A stretch of DNA of 64,000 bases from the human T2T-CHM13v2.0 reference genome, Homo sapiens. Within the stretch, counting starts at the first letter, position 1. Each line of letters begins with the position of its first letter. The stretch lies in assembly GCF_009914755.1 (NCBI RefSeq), contig NC_060933.1, one strand, 5' to 3'. Of this stretch, positions 15,213-28,216 are shown in pieces. Below the pieces are notes generated by a model. That model worked only from the letters and a program-made list of their open reading frames with translations, did no database searches and was not told the origin of the DNA. The position numbers were made by a program, and so were the translations under genes.

Positions 15213-17640
15213 GATCTCACCTTTTCTTATCTACAAATTCCCATATATTCAGCTTTTTGCGGAATTTTTTTTTCACATCTTTACTATAACTAAGACCTGG
15301 TCATCTCCTGAGAATACACTGTCAGTCCTCCCAAAGAGTGCTGCTTTCTCTCCCGACACTTGTTCGACCCACTGGGCACGAAGTTAGGATAGATGACATC
15401 TTTGGTAGTCATTCTTTGAAGATTTTACCAGCTGGATCACTGTCACCCTCTCCAAAATTATCTTGTCATATTTGTTGACAATATCAATATCCATGTTGAT
15501 CAATCCAATAGACTTTATCCAGTAATGGGAAGAGTCTCTCTCTGCACTCTCTAAAATGGTAGTCACTAGACATATGTGGCAATTAAGCACTTGAAATATG
15601 ACCAGTGCAGCTGAGGAACTGGAGTTGTACTTTTGTTTAATTTTAATTAATTTTAAATAGCCAGGTGTGCTACTGGCTACAATTTTGGATAGCACAGATG
15701 TCACTGATAATTTAAATAACCAATGCTCTCAATTTTTGGCCTCTATTCTTTGAATGTGTTTGTCCCCCACACTGCCTTAGGCATCTACTTCCAAATCCCA
15801 GAATGTGTCATTACCAATGACTACACCTTCCTTCAAAAATTCAGTTTCAAACATCTCACTCACCAACCACCATATCTCTCTGTACAGCTCATTTCCCCTC
15901 ATATACTCACTCCAACAATTGCATTAATTTACCTAGATATCTCTCCAGTACCCTTGCCCGTCTGTCTTCATTTTATCAAATGACAAAATACTAAATCTGA
16001 CTAAATTCAATTAGCAGTCTCTTCTCATCAGCACTTTGTTGACTGAATGTAAATGGTAAAAAAAACGCATAGCTGTACTGACTTGTTTCATTTTAAGTTC
16101 ATGTCCACCAACCACCTTTAGCTATCTTGCAATATTACTGCATTTCTATGGTCCATTTATTCTTCCACTCTCCTAAACAATTATTTTACATTCTGTCCCA
16201 GTTCCTCTAAGTTTCGACACCTCCTGCCACTGTTGATTCTCTGCTGAAGATTTGATTTCTGTTTCACTGAGAAATTAGAAGTAATGAAAACAGAAGTTCT
16301 CTATGCTTTTACCAACACATCTTCCAGTGCACCTGCAGCTATTTCTACTGCTATATTTGACTGTATTTGAATGTGAGTTTGGGTGCCCTATAGCAACTAT
16401 CTCCCATATCTCCTGCATCATAAATTTCTCCCTCTTCTGAATATTCTCATCAGTATGTAAATACCCTGTAATATCTCCCATATTTAAAAAAATTTAAAGC
16501 TTTATTTCGTTCATTTGACTCATATTCCCCTTCAGCTATAATTCCATTTCTCTGCTCTTCTTTACAGCAAAAGTCCATGAAAGAATTGGTTTCAATTGTT
16601 GTCTTCATGTTCTATTTCCAATTATCTCTTGAACTCATGCTTGTCAGTTTTTGTTCCCAGTACATTCACTTAGATATTTCATGCAAAGGTATACAGTGAC
16701 CCCCATGTGACAAAATTTGACTGTCAATTATTTGTCCTCATCATACTTCACTTCTCAGCAGCATTAATAATAGTTATCACTTCTTCCTACTGAACAGTTT
16801 TCACTTGGCTGCCAGGGTTTCTCTCTTGGTTTTCTTGCTACAGCACTGCTTCTTCTTGGTCTCTTTGCTGGTCCCTGCCGATATCTCTGAACTTTAAACA
16901 CTGAATTTCTGCAGACTTCACTCTTCTGATCTCTTCTCTTGTCTACTTACATTCACTGCTGGTAGCACATGAACCTGAGCTCATGACTCTCTAGGCGTTG
17001 ACAAATACCCACCTTTATTTTTTCAGTGTAATCCCTCCCTTGAAGTCTAGACTCACCTTGGCCTTCATATCCAACTGCCAGCTCAACATCTCCATCATCT
17101 TCATAGCATACCTAATAGCAATTCACATGTAACACACTGAAAACTGTCCCATAGATTGTATCATCTCAGTTAATGCCAACACTATCCTCTCAGTTGCTCA
17201 GGTTAAAACCCTCAGTGTAAGTCTTCAATTCCCATTCATTCTCTCTCTCTCTCTCTCTCTCTCCCCCTCCCTCTCTCTCCCCACCCCCAACCATCCATCC
17301 TGTATCCAAAGGATCAGCAAATCCTATGTGTTGCATTACTTTCAAAATATTTCTTCAATTCAAGCACATTTTTACCACTTTCGTCATCATCATCCTTCAC
17401 GTAGATCACAATTAGACATAATGATAGTTTAAAAATAAGTCAGATTCAACCATTTCACACCTCAAACCCTGCAATGGCTCCCATCTTACTCAGAGTAATC
17501 TTTGAAAAGACTTAAAAGGTCTTATATAACATGGCCTCACCCCATCATCATCTCTGTGACCTCCTATCCTATGAGTATCTTTCTCTAGCTTAATCCTTTC
17601 TGACAACACTGACCCTTTGCTGTTCTTTAACAACAAATTC
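15213..17640 (+). mobile_element. LINE-2 (endonuclease to RT region), interrupted by MER3
   Basis: Pyrimidine-rich, L2 ORF2-like text, e.g. ACTAAGACCTGGTCATCTCCTGAG and CTTCTCAGCAGCATT...TCACTTGGCTGCCAGG. Confidence 0.7.
15495..15697 (+). mobile_element. MER3 (hAT-Charlie DNA transposon)
   Basis: GTAGTCACTAGACATATGTGGCAATTAAGCACTTGAAAT...CTGAGGAACTG...TTGGATAGCACAG. Confidence 0.85.
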
Positions 17641-17642
17641 TA

Positions 17643-20600
17643 GGAAGCGTGTAGCAAGATGGTGGAATAGAAGGTCCCACTTCTCTTCTCCCATGCAGAA
17701 ATACCAAATTCAACAACTATCTACACAAAAAAGCACCACCTTTATAAGAACCAAAAATCGGGTGAGCACTCACAGTACCTGGTTTTAACTTCACATTTCT
17801 GAAAGAGGCACTGAAGAGGGTAGGAAAGACAGTCTTGAATCACTAATACCACACTTCCCCTATCCAGAATGACTATGTGGCATGGAGAAATCTGTGGGTT
17901 TGGGAGAGGGAGAGCATAGCAATTATGAGTCTTCTTATTGGACTCAGTGCTGCCTTGTCATAGCAGAAAGCAAAACCTGGCTGAATTCAGCAGGCGTCCA
18001 CCCATAAAGGGAGTATTCAGACCAGTCCTAGCTGGAGGGGAATCACCCATCACAGCAGTCAGAACACAGTTCTGACAAGCCTCACCACAACAAGCTAAAG
18101 TGCGCTGGAGTTCTAAATAAACTTTAAAGCCATTCTAGGCCACAAGGACTGCAAGTCCTAGTGCTGGACTGGGCTCAGAGCCAGTGGACTTGGGGGGCAT
18201 GTGACATACTGATACACAAGCCAGGGCAGCTGAGGGCTTACTTGCACCACCTGTCCACCAAACCTAGGGAGCACAGCTTATGGCTCCAAAAGAGACTCCT
18301 TTCTTCCACTTGAGAGGAGAGAAAAGAGTAAAGAGGACTTTGTCTTGCATCTTGGATATTAGCTCAGCCACAGTAGGATAAGACACTTCAGAGTTGTGAG
18401 GCCCTCATTCCAGGCCCTAGATCCCAGATGACATTTCCAGACACATGCTGGGCCAGAAAGGAACCAATTTCCTTGAAGGGAAAAACCAAATCCTGGCAGA
18501 ATTCATCACCTACTAACTAAAAAGCTCTTCATCCCTGAATAACCAGCAGCGATACCAGATAGTAGGCCATGGGACCTGGATGAGACTCTAAGAGGTGCTA
18601 GCTTCAGGTGAAACCCAGCACATTCCCAACTGTGGTGATTACAATGAGAGACTCTTTCTACTTGCAAAAAACAGAGGGAAAAGTAAAGAAGACTGTCTTG
18701 CACCTTAGGTACCAGCTCTACTGCAGTGAGGTAGAGCACCAGGCAGGCTCTTGGGGTCCCCAGCTCCAGGTCTTAGCTGTTAGATGGCATTTCTAGACCT
18801 GCTCTGGGCAAGAGGAGAGTCCAGTGCCCTGAAGGGTGAGTCCCAGGCCTGGCAGCTTTCACCACAAGCTGTTTGAAGAGCCCTTGGGCCTTAAGTAAAC
18901 ATCGGTGGTAGTCTGGCAGTACTCCCTGTGGGCCAGTTGTTTTCATGACCATGAGATGAGGCTCTTCTGCCTGTGGAAAGGAAGGGAAGAGAGGGAAGGA
19001 TTGTGTCTCATGGTTTGAGGGTCAACTCAATCACAGTAGACTAGAACATCAGGAAGACTTCTAAGGTTTTTGACTCTAGTCCTTAGCTCCCAGATGGCAT
19101 CTCTGGACCCATCTGGGGTCTGGAAGAACTCAATGACCTGAAGGGAAGGATACAAGCCTGGCTGGCTTCACCACCTGCTGATTGCAGAGCCATAAGCCCT
19201 TGAGTAAACATAGGCAGTAGCCAGGTAGTGGCTACATCAGGCCTTGCACAAGACCCAGTGCTATGTTGGCTTCAGGTCTGACCCAGCACAGTCCCAGTGG
19301 TGGTGGCCACAGGGGTGCTTGTGTCACCACACCCCCAGCTCCAGGTGACTCAGCACAGAGAGAGAGAGAGAGAGACTGGGAGAAAGTAAGGGAAGAGAAT
19401 AAGAGATACTGCTTGTAATTTAGAGAATTCTTCCAAATCTTACCCAAGACCACCAAGGTGATACCTCTATGAGTCTGCAAGAACCACAGCTTTACTGGGC
19501 TTTGGATGCCCTCTAATGCAGATATGGCTCAGATAACAATACCCAAGTCCTTCTGAATACCTAGAAAGCCTTCCCAAGAAGGACAGTGCAAACAAGTCCA
19601 GGTTGTGAAGACTACAATAAATACCTAAGTCTTCACTGCCCAGACACCAACAAACATCCATAAGCATCACGTCCATCCAGGAAAACAGGACCTCACCAAA
19701 TGAACTAAATAAGGTGCCAGGGTCCAATCTTGGAGAGACTGACACATGTGACCTTTCTGACAAAGAATTCAAAATAGCCATTTTGAGGAAACTCAAAGAA
19801 ATTCAGGATAACACCTAGAAAGAATTCAGGATTCTATTAGATAAATTTAACAAAGAGCTTGAAATAATTTTTTTTAAAAGCAGAAATTCAGGAATTGAAA
19901 ATGCAATTGAAATACTGATGTTAATGAGCAATAAGAAATCATCTGAAGGTACAAAATACACTGCTAATAGTAAGTCCACAGAAAAACACAGAATATTATA
20001 ACACTGTAATTGTGAGCTATAAACTACTGTTAAGTAGAAAGACTAAACAACCAATAAAAAAAGCTACAACAACTTTTCAAGATATTAACAGTGCAATAAG
20101 ACATAAAGAGAAATAAAAAATTTTAAAAGTGGGAGGACAAAGTTAAAGTATAGAGTTTTTATTTTTTTTTTTTTTTTGCTGGTTTGTTCATTTATGCAGC
20201 AGTGTTAAGTTGTTATCAGTGTAAAATAATGGGTTATAAGATAGTATTTGCAAGCCTTACGCTAACTTCACATCAAAAAACACACAACAGATACACAAAC
20301 AATAAAAAGCAAGAAATTAAATCATATCGCCAGATAAAATCACTTTCACTAAAAGAAGACAGAAAAGAAGGAAAGAAGGAAGAGATGCCACAAAACAACC
20401 AGAAAACAAATAACAAAATGGCAGGAGTAAGTCCTTATTTATCAATAATAACATTGAAGGTAAATGAACTAAACTCTCTTATCAAAAGACATAGAGTGGC
20501 TGAATGAATGAAAAACAAGACCCATTGATCTATTGCCTACAAGAAACATACTTCACCTATAAAAACACACATAGACAAAAAATGAAGGGATGGGAAAAAG

Positions 20601-23585
20601 CTATTCCACATCAATGGAAACCAAAAAAGAGCAGGAGTAGCTATACTTAGACAAAATAGATTTTAAGACAAAAACTATAAGAAGAGATCAAGAAAGTTAT
20701 TATATAATAATAAAGCAGTCAATTCAGCAAGAGGATATAACAATGATGAATATATATGCACCCAACACTGGAGCCCAGATAAAGAAAGAAAATATTATTA
20801 GAGCTAAGGAGAGAGAGAGACCTCAATACAATAATCGCTGGAAACTTCAACACCCCACTTTCAGCACTGGGCAAATCTTCCATACAGAAAATCAAAAATT
20901 AAACATCAGATTTAGTCTGCACTATAGGCCAAATGGACCTAATCCATATTTACAGAACATTTCATCCGATGGTTGCAGAATATACATTGTTTTCTTCAGC
21001 ACATGGATTATTCAAAGGATAAACCCTACCTTAGGTCACAAAACAAGTCTTAAAAGTTTCAAAAAACATGAAATAATATCAAGCACATTCTTTGACTACA
21101 ATGAAATAGAACTAGAAATTAAGAAACATACAAAAATCAATCAATGTGCGACATCATATTAACAGAATGAAGAACAAAAACCATATGATCATTTCAATTG
21201 ATACTGAAAAGCATTTGATAAATTCAATATTCTCTTATGATAAAAAGCCCTCAAAAAACTGTGTATAGAAGGAACATACTTCAACATAATAAAAGCCACA
21301 TGCAACAGACCCATAGCTAGTATCATACTTAATGGGGAAAAACTAAAAACCTTTCCTCTAAGGTCAGGAACTTGACAATGATGCCCACTTTACCACTGTT
21401 ATTCAACATAGTACTGGAAGTCCTAGCTAGAGCGATGAGACAAGAGAAAGAAAGAAAGGGCATCCAAATGGCAAAGAAAAAATTCAAATTATACTTGTTT
21501 GCAGATAATGTGATCTTATGTCTGGAAAAACCTAAAGACTCCACAAAAAAAAACTATTAGAGGTTATAAACAATTTCAGTAAAGTTTCAGGATACAAAAT
21601 CAACATACGAAAATTAATAGCTTTTCTCTATGCCAAGAGTAAACAATCTTAAAAAATGAAATTTAAAAAATAAGTAATCTCATTTACAGTAGCTATAAAT
21701 AAATTAAATACCTAGGAATTAACAACCAAATAAGTGAAATATATCTATAATAAAAACTATAAAATATGAATTTTATGTTCATGAATTGGAAGAATTATTT
21801 TGTTAAAACGTCCATACCACCTAAAGCAATCTACAGATTAAATAAAATCCCTAACAAAATTCTATGACATTCTTCACAGAAATAGAAAAAAAAAATCCTA
21901 AAATTTATATGGAACCACAAAAGACCCAGAATCGCCACAGCTATCCTAAGCAAAAAGAACAAAAATGGAGGAATTACATTTCCTGACTTCATATTATACT
22001 ACCGAGTTATAGTAACCAAAACTTCATGGTAATGGCCTAAAACCAGACACATACATCAGTGGAACACAATAGAGAACCCAGAAATAAGTCCATATATATA
22101 TACAGTGAACTCACTTTTGACAAGATGACAAGAACATACATTGAGGAATGGACAATCTCTTCAATACATGGTGCTGGGAAATCTCGATATGAATATGCAG
22201 AAAAACTAGGTGCCTATCTCTTGTCATATAGAAAAATCAAACCAAAATGGATTAAAGACTTAAATCTCAGTCCTCAAGCTATGAAACTACTAAAAGAAAA
22301 CATTGGGGAAACTCTCCAGGACATTGGAGTGGACTAAGGTTTCTTGAGTTATTACTCAAGTTATTACCTCATAACCACAAGCAACCAAAGCAAAAAATAG
22401 ATGAATGGGATCACTTCAAGTTAAAAAGCTTCTTCAGAGGAAGCAATCAACAAAGTTAAAAGACAACCCACAGAATGGGATAAAATATTGGAAAACTACC
22501 CATCTGACAAGAGATTAATAACCAGAATACATGAGGAGCTCAAACGACTCTATATGAAAAAAATCTAACAATCTGATTTTAAAATGGGCAGAAGATCTGA
22601 ATAGACTTTTCTCAAAAGAAGACATACAAATGGCAACAGGTATATGAAGACGTTCTTCAACATCATTGACCATCAGTGAAGTGAAAATCAAAACCACAAT
22701 GAGATATCATCTGACCCCAGTTAAAATGGCTTTTATCAAAAGATGGAGAATAAAAAATGCTGGTGAGGATATGGAGAAAAGGAAACCCTTGCACACTGTT
22801 GGTGGGAATGTAAATTAGTAAAAGCACTACAGAGAACAGCTTGGAAGTTCCTCAAAAGACTAAAAATTAAGTTACTATATGATCCAGCAATCCTACTCCT
22901 AGGTATATACCCAAAAGAAAAAAATCAGTATGTCAAAGAGATATCTGCACTCCCATGTTCACTGCAGCACTATTAACAATAGCCAACATTTGGAAGCAAC
23001 CTAAGTGTCCATCAACACTCAGAATGGATAAAGAAAATGTACATATACACAATGGAGTAATATTCAGCCATAAGAAAGAATGATGTCCTGTTATTTGCAA
23101 TAACATGGATAGAACTGGAGGTCATGATGTTAAGTGAAATATGCCAGTCATGGAAAGACAAACTTCACATGTCCTCAGTTATTTGTGGCAGATTAAAACG
23201 ATTTAACTTACAGAGATAGAGAGTAGAAGGATGGTTACTAGAGGCTGGGAAGGGCAATTGGGGATGTGTGGGAGTGGGGAAAGTGGGGATGGTTAAGGGG
23301 TACAAAAATAGTTAGAAAGAATGAATGAGACCTAGTATTTGCTGGCCTAACATGGTGACTATAATTAAAAATAATTTAATTGTACATTTTAAAATAACTA
23401 AAATAGTATAATTGGATTATGTATTACACAAAAGATAAATGCTTGAGGTAATGGATACCCCATTTATCCTGATGTGATTATTATGCATTGCATGCTTGTA
23501 TCAAAATGTCTTATATATCCCATCAGTATATACACCTACTGTATACCCACAAAAATTAATAATTAATAAAAAATTTAAAAAAAAA
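17643..23585 (+). mobile_element. L1MA2-like LINE-1 with both ends but large internal deletions
   Basis: CAAGATGGTGGAATAGAAGG 5' end, ORF2 start MAGVSPYLSIITL at 20418, LFADN RT relic in 21372..21560, L1MA1-3-type 3' UTR and A tail. Confidence 0.85.
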
Positions 23586-23872
23586 TTTTTTGAGACGGAG
23601 TCTCGCTCTGTCACCCAGGCTGGAGTGCAGTGGCACAAACTCGACTCACAGCAACCTCCGCCTCCCAGGTTCAAGCGATTCTGCTGCCTCAGCCTCCTGA
23701 GTAGCTGGAATTACATGTGTGTGCCACCACGCCCGGCTGATTTTTGTACTTTTAATAGAGATGGGGTTTCACCATGTTGGTCAGGCTAGTCTCAAACTCC
23801 TGACCTCGTGATCTGCCCACCTGGGCCTCCCAAAGTTCTGGGATTACAGGCATGAGCCACCGTGCCCGAGCC
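23586..23872 (-). mobile_element. AluS (Sg-like) inserted in the L1MA tail
   Basis: Dimeric Alu flanked by similar AAAAA(T)AAAAATTTTT sequences. Confidence 0.92.
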
Positions 23873-23889
23873 TAAAAAATAAAAATTTT

Positions 23890-24292
23890 TAACCTCAGGA
23901 TGTTGGCACTTAAGGTTCGGGTTACCTAGAATGCCCTTCTCCAAGAAACCCACAAGAACTGCTCCCTTACTCACTTCCAGGCTCTGCTTAAATGATGCTT
24001 TATTATAGAGCCTTTTCTGACCACCTCATATGTAATTTCTGCAACTCCCACCCATTTTCCCACATCTCCTTTTTACCCTGCTCTATCTTTCTCCAAAAAA
24101 CATGTCTCCAACTAAGCTAACTCTATATCTATATTATATCCTTATCTGCATATATGTCCACCTATATCTATGTATCTATGAGAGAAAGGGAGATAAAGAG
24201 AGACATATCTGAGGGCAGAAACTTTGTATTTTTTTCAAGCTCTATTTCCTGGCACATATTGGCAATCAATAAATACATTTTGCATGGGTGAA
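23890..24292 (+). mobile_element. LINE-2 3' end (continuation of 15213-17640)
   Basis: CCTAGAATGCCCTTCTCC ... GAGGGCAGAAACTTTG ... CCTGGCACATATTGGCAATCAATAAATAC. Confidence 0.75.
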
Positions 24293-24309
24293 AGAAAAGC
24301 AATAAAGAG

Positions 24310-24360
24310 GGAAAGAAAGAGAGAAAAGAAAGAAAGAAAGAAAAGAAAGAAAGAAAGGAA
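24310..24360 (+). repeat. (GAAA)n-like purine tract
   Basis: Visible directly in the sequence. Confidence 0.85.
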
Positions 24361-24449
24361 TGACTATATTCTAAATATTTTAAAGTTATATATGCTTTAT
24401 TTATATAATATTTAAAGAGATACATTAAGAAATAGAAATTTCAGGGTAT

Positions 24450-24975
24450 TTTTTTCACAAATAGAATTTCTAGAAATGAAAACCATACTCATTGCAAATG
24501 GAAAAAACAAATACAATATATGGTTTGAACACAAAACTAGACATCTTAAGAGAGTATTAATGAAAAGATTCATAATTAGAAATCACCAAGAATTCAAAAG
24601 AAATAAAGAGATGAAAATCATGAAAGAGAACGGATAAAATAATAAGAAGCTTTAAAATATGCCTAAGAGAATTTCCAGAAAGAAAAAAGGAATGGAGAGG
24701 CATTACTGAAGAGATAATGTATAACTCAAAGAAAATTAACTCAAAGAAATACCTACAGCATATTCAAGTATGTTAAAGAAAAAAAAGAGAACTCATAACA
24801 AAAACTATAACATATCAAATATTAAGAATCATAACAGCTATCAAAAGTAATAAAATCATCTAAACAGGTAAGATCTTCAGATAGGCAGCAGACTTTTCAT
24901 CAGTAAAAACAGAAGTCAGAAGTAGAAGTAAGAACATCTTCAAAGCACTAAGTGGAAGATAACTCTCAACTATAA
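24450..24975 (+). mobile_element. Old L1M ORF1 fragment
   Basis: GCAGACTTTTCATCAGTAAAAACAGAAGTCAGAAG...ATCTTCAAAGCACT resembles the ORF1 C-terminal region. Confidence 0.6.
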
Positions 24976-27736
24976 CATTCCTACCAGCAATGGAGGATTC
25001 CAATTTCTCCACAACCTTACCAACAACCGTTTTTTTAAAATTGCAACTATCATTGTGGGAGTGATGTACTATCTTATGTAGTTTTGATTCACATTTCCCT
25101 AATGACTCAGGATGTTGAGCATCTTTACATGTGCTTATTGGCACATTTGTGTATCTACTTTGAAATAATGGCTATTCCAAGTATTACCCATTTTTTTCCT
25201 CCAACTTTTATTTTAGGTTTGGGAGTACATGTGCAGGTTTGATACGGGGGTAAATTGTATGTACAAATGATTTCAGTGAGCATAGTACCTAACAGGTAGT
25301 TTTTCTATCTTCAACCTCCTCCCACCCTCCACTCTCAAGTAAGTCCTGGTTGCTATTGTTCCCCTCTTTGTGCCCATGTGTTTTCAATGTTTTGCACTCA
25401 CTTGTAAGTCAGAAAGTGAGGTATTTGGTTTTTTGTTCCTGCATAATTTGCTTAGGATAATGACCTGCAGCTGTATCCATGTTGTAGCAAAGAACATAAT
25501 TTCACTCTTTCTTATGGCTGTATATTATTCCACAGTGTATATGTATCACATTTTCTTTATCCAAACCACTGTTTGATGGGCATCTAAGTTGATTTCATGT
25601 ATTTACTACTGTGGAAAGTGCTGCAGTTAACATAAGCATACATGTGTCTTTATGGTAGAATAATTTATATTCTTTTGGGTATATACCCAGTAATGAGACT
25701 GCTGGGTTGAATGGTCATTCTGTCTTAAGTTGTTTGAGAAATCTCCAGACTGCTTTCCATAGTGGCTGAAATAATTTACATTCTCGCCAGCAGTATATAA
25801 GCATTCTCTTTTCTCTGCAACCTCGCCAACATCTGTTATTTTTTGACTTTTTAGTAATAGCCATTCTAATTGGTGTGAGATGGTATCTTGCTGTGGTTTT
25901 AATTTGCATTTCTCTAATGATTAGTGGTGTTGGGCATTTTTTCACATGCTTGTGGGATGCATGTATGTCTTCCTTTGAGAAGTGTCTGTTCACATCCTTT
26001 GCCATTTTTAATGAGATTGTTTGGTTTTTCCTTGTTGATTTGTTTGAGTTCCTTACAGTTTCTGGGTATTAGACCTTCGTTGGATGCATAGAAGCTATTT
26101 AGTTTCATTAGGTCCCCCTTGTCACTATTTGCTTTTGTTGCAACTGCTTTTGGAGTCTTCATCATGAGATCTTTGCCAAGGCCTATGTCCAGAATGGCAT
26201 TTCACATATTTTCTTCTAAGGTTTTTATAGTTTTAGGTTTTACATCTAAGTCTTTGATTTGTCTTGAGTTTATTTTTGTATATAGTGAAAGGAAGGAGTA
26301 TAGTTTCAATTTTCTCCATATGGCTAGCCAGTTATCCCAGTACCATTTATTGAATAGAGAATTCTTTCCCCATTCCTTGTTATTGTCAACTTTGTCAAAG
26401 ATCAGATGGCTGTAGGTGTGTGGCCTTATTTTCTCTAACCTATTCAACTGACCTATGTGTCTGTTTTTTACCAGTACCATGCTGTTTTGTTTACTATAGC
26501 CTTGTAGTACAGTTTGAAGTTGAGTAGTGTGATGCCTCTGGCTTTGTTCTTTTGCTTACTATTGCTTTGGCTATTCAGGCTGTTTTTTGTTTCCATATGA
26601 ATTTTAGAATAATTTTTTTTCCAATTATATAAAAAATGAGGTTGGTAATTCAACAGGAATAGCATTGAATCTATAAATGGCTTTGGGAAGTATGGCCATT
26701 TTAACAATATTGAGTCTTCCAGTCCTTGAGCATGGAATGTTTTTTCATTTATTTGTGTCATCTCTGATTTCTTTCAGCAGAGTTTTGTAATTCTCATTGT
26801 ATATATAGTTCACCTCCCTGGTTAGCTGTATTTCTAGGTATTTTTTTTGTGGTTATAGTGAATGTGATTGCCTTCTTAATTTGACTCTCAGCTTGGTGAT
26901 ATATAGAAATGCTACTAGTTTTTATACATTGATTTTGTATCCTAATACTTTACTGAAGTTGTTAATCAGTTCTAGGAGCCTTTGGGCAGAGACTATGGGA
27001 TTTTCTATGTATAGACTCTTACCACCTGAGAAGAGAGATAGTTTGATTTTCTCTCTTCATATTTGGATGCTTTTTATTTCTTTCTCTTGACTGATTGCTC
27101 TAGTTAGGATTTCCAGGACTATGTTGAATAGGAGTGGTGAGAGTGGGCATCCTTGTCATGAACTGCTTCTTAAGCAGAATACTTCCTGCTTTTGCCCATT
27201 CAGTTATGATGTTAGCTCTAGGTTTGTCATAGATGGCTCTTATTATTTTGAGGTATGTTCCCTCAATGCCTAGTTTGTTTAGGGTTTTTAACATGAAAGG
27301 ATTTTGAATTTTATTGAAGACCTTTTCTTTATTGATTGAGATGATTGTGTGGTTTTTATTTTTAGTTCTGTTTATCTGATGAATCACACATATTGACTTG
27401 CACATGTTGTAACAGCCTTGCATCTCAAGAATAAAGCCTACTTGACCCGCATGGATTAGCTTTTGATGTCTGCTGGAATTGATTTGCAAGTACTTTGTTG
27501 AGGATTTTTGTGACCATTTTCACCAGGGATATGGGCCTGAAGTTTTCTTTTCTGGTTGTGTCTCTGCCAGGTTTGGTATCAGAATGATGTTGGTCTCATA
27601 GAATGAGTTAGGGAGGAGTCCCTTCTCCTTGACTTTTTGGAATAGTTTTAGTGGGATTGATACAAGCTCTGCTTTATATGCCTGGTACAATTCAGCTGTG
27701 AATCTGTCTGCTTTAGGGCTTTTTCTCGTTGGTAGT

Positions 27737-28216
27737 TTTTGTTTGTTTGTTTGTTTTAAGTTGTGGGATACATGTGCAGAATGTGCAGGTTTGTTACATA
27801 GGTATACATGTGCCATGGTTGTTTGCTGCACCTATCAATCCATCATCTAGGTTTTAAGCCCTGCATGCATTCCTTGCCTCCCACCCACCGACAGGCCCTG
27901 GTGTGTGATGTTCCCCTCCCCATGTCCATGTGTTCTCAATGTTCAACTCCTACTTGTGAGTGAGGATATGTGGTGTTTGGTTTTCTGTTCCTGTGTTAGT
28001 TTGCTGAGAATGATGGCTTCCGGATTCATCCATGTTTCTGCAAAGGACATGATCTCATTCTTTTTTATGGCTGCATAGTATTCCATGGTATATATGTGCC
28101 ATATTTTCTTTATCCAGTCTATCATTGATGGACATTTGGGTTGGTTCCAAGTCTTTGCTATTGTAAATAGTGCTTCAATAAACTTACATGTGCATGTGTC
28201 TTTATAGTAGAATAAC
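27737..28216 (-). mobile_element. 5'-truncated L1PA8-like 3' end nested in the L1PA15/16 ORF2
   Basis: A second L1 3' UTR with a (TTTG)n tail and CTAGGTTTTAAGCCCTGCATGCAT, interrupting host GGTAGTTTTT|ATTATTGCTGATTC. Confidence 0.85.

Noticed and set aside
18020-19250. Repeated units as a CRISPR-like or novel array
   Set aside because: The units are long and degenerate and lie within an L1 5'UTR; there is no identical repeat / unique spacer pattern.
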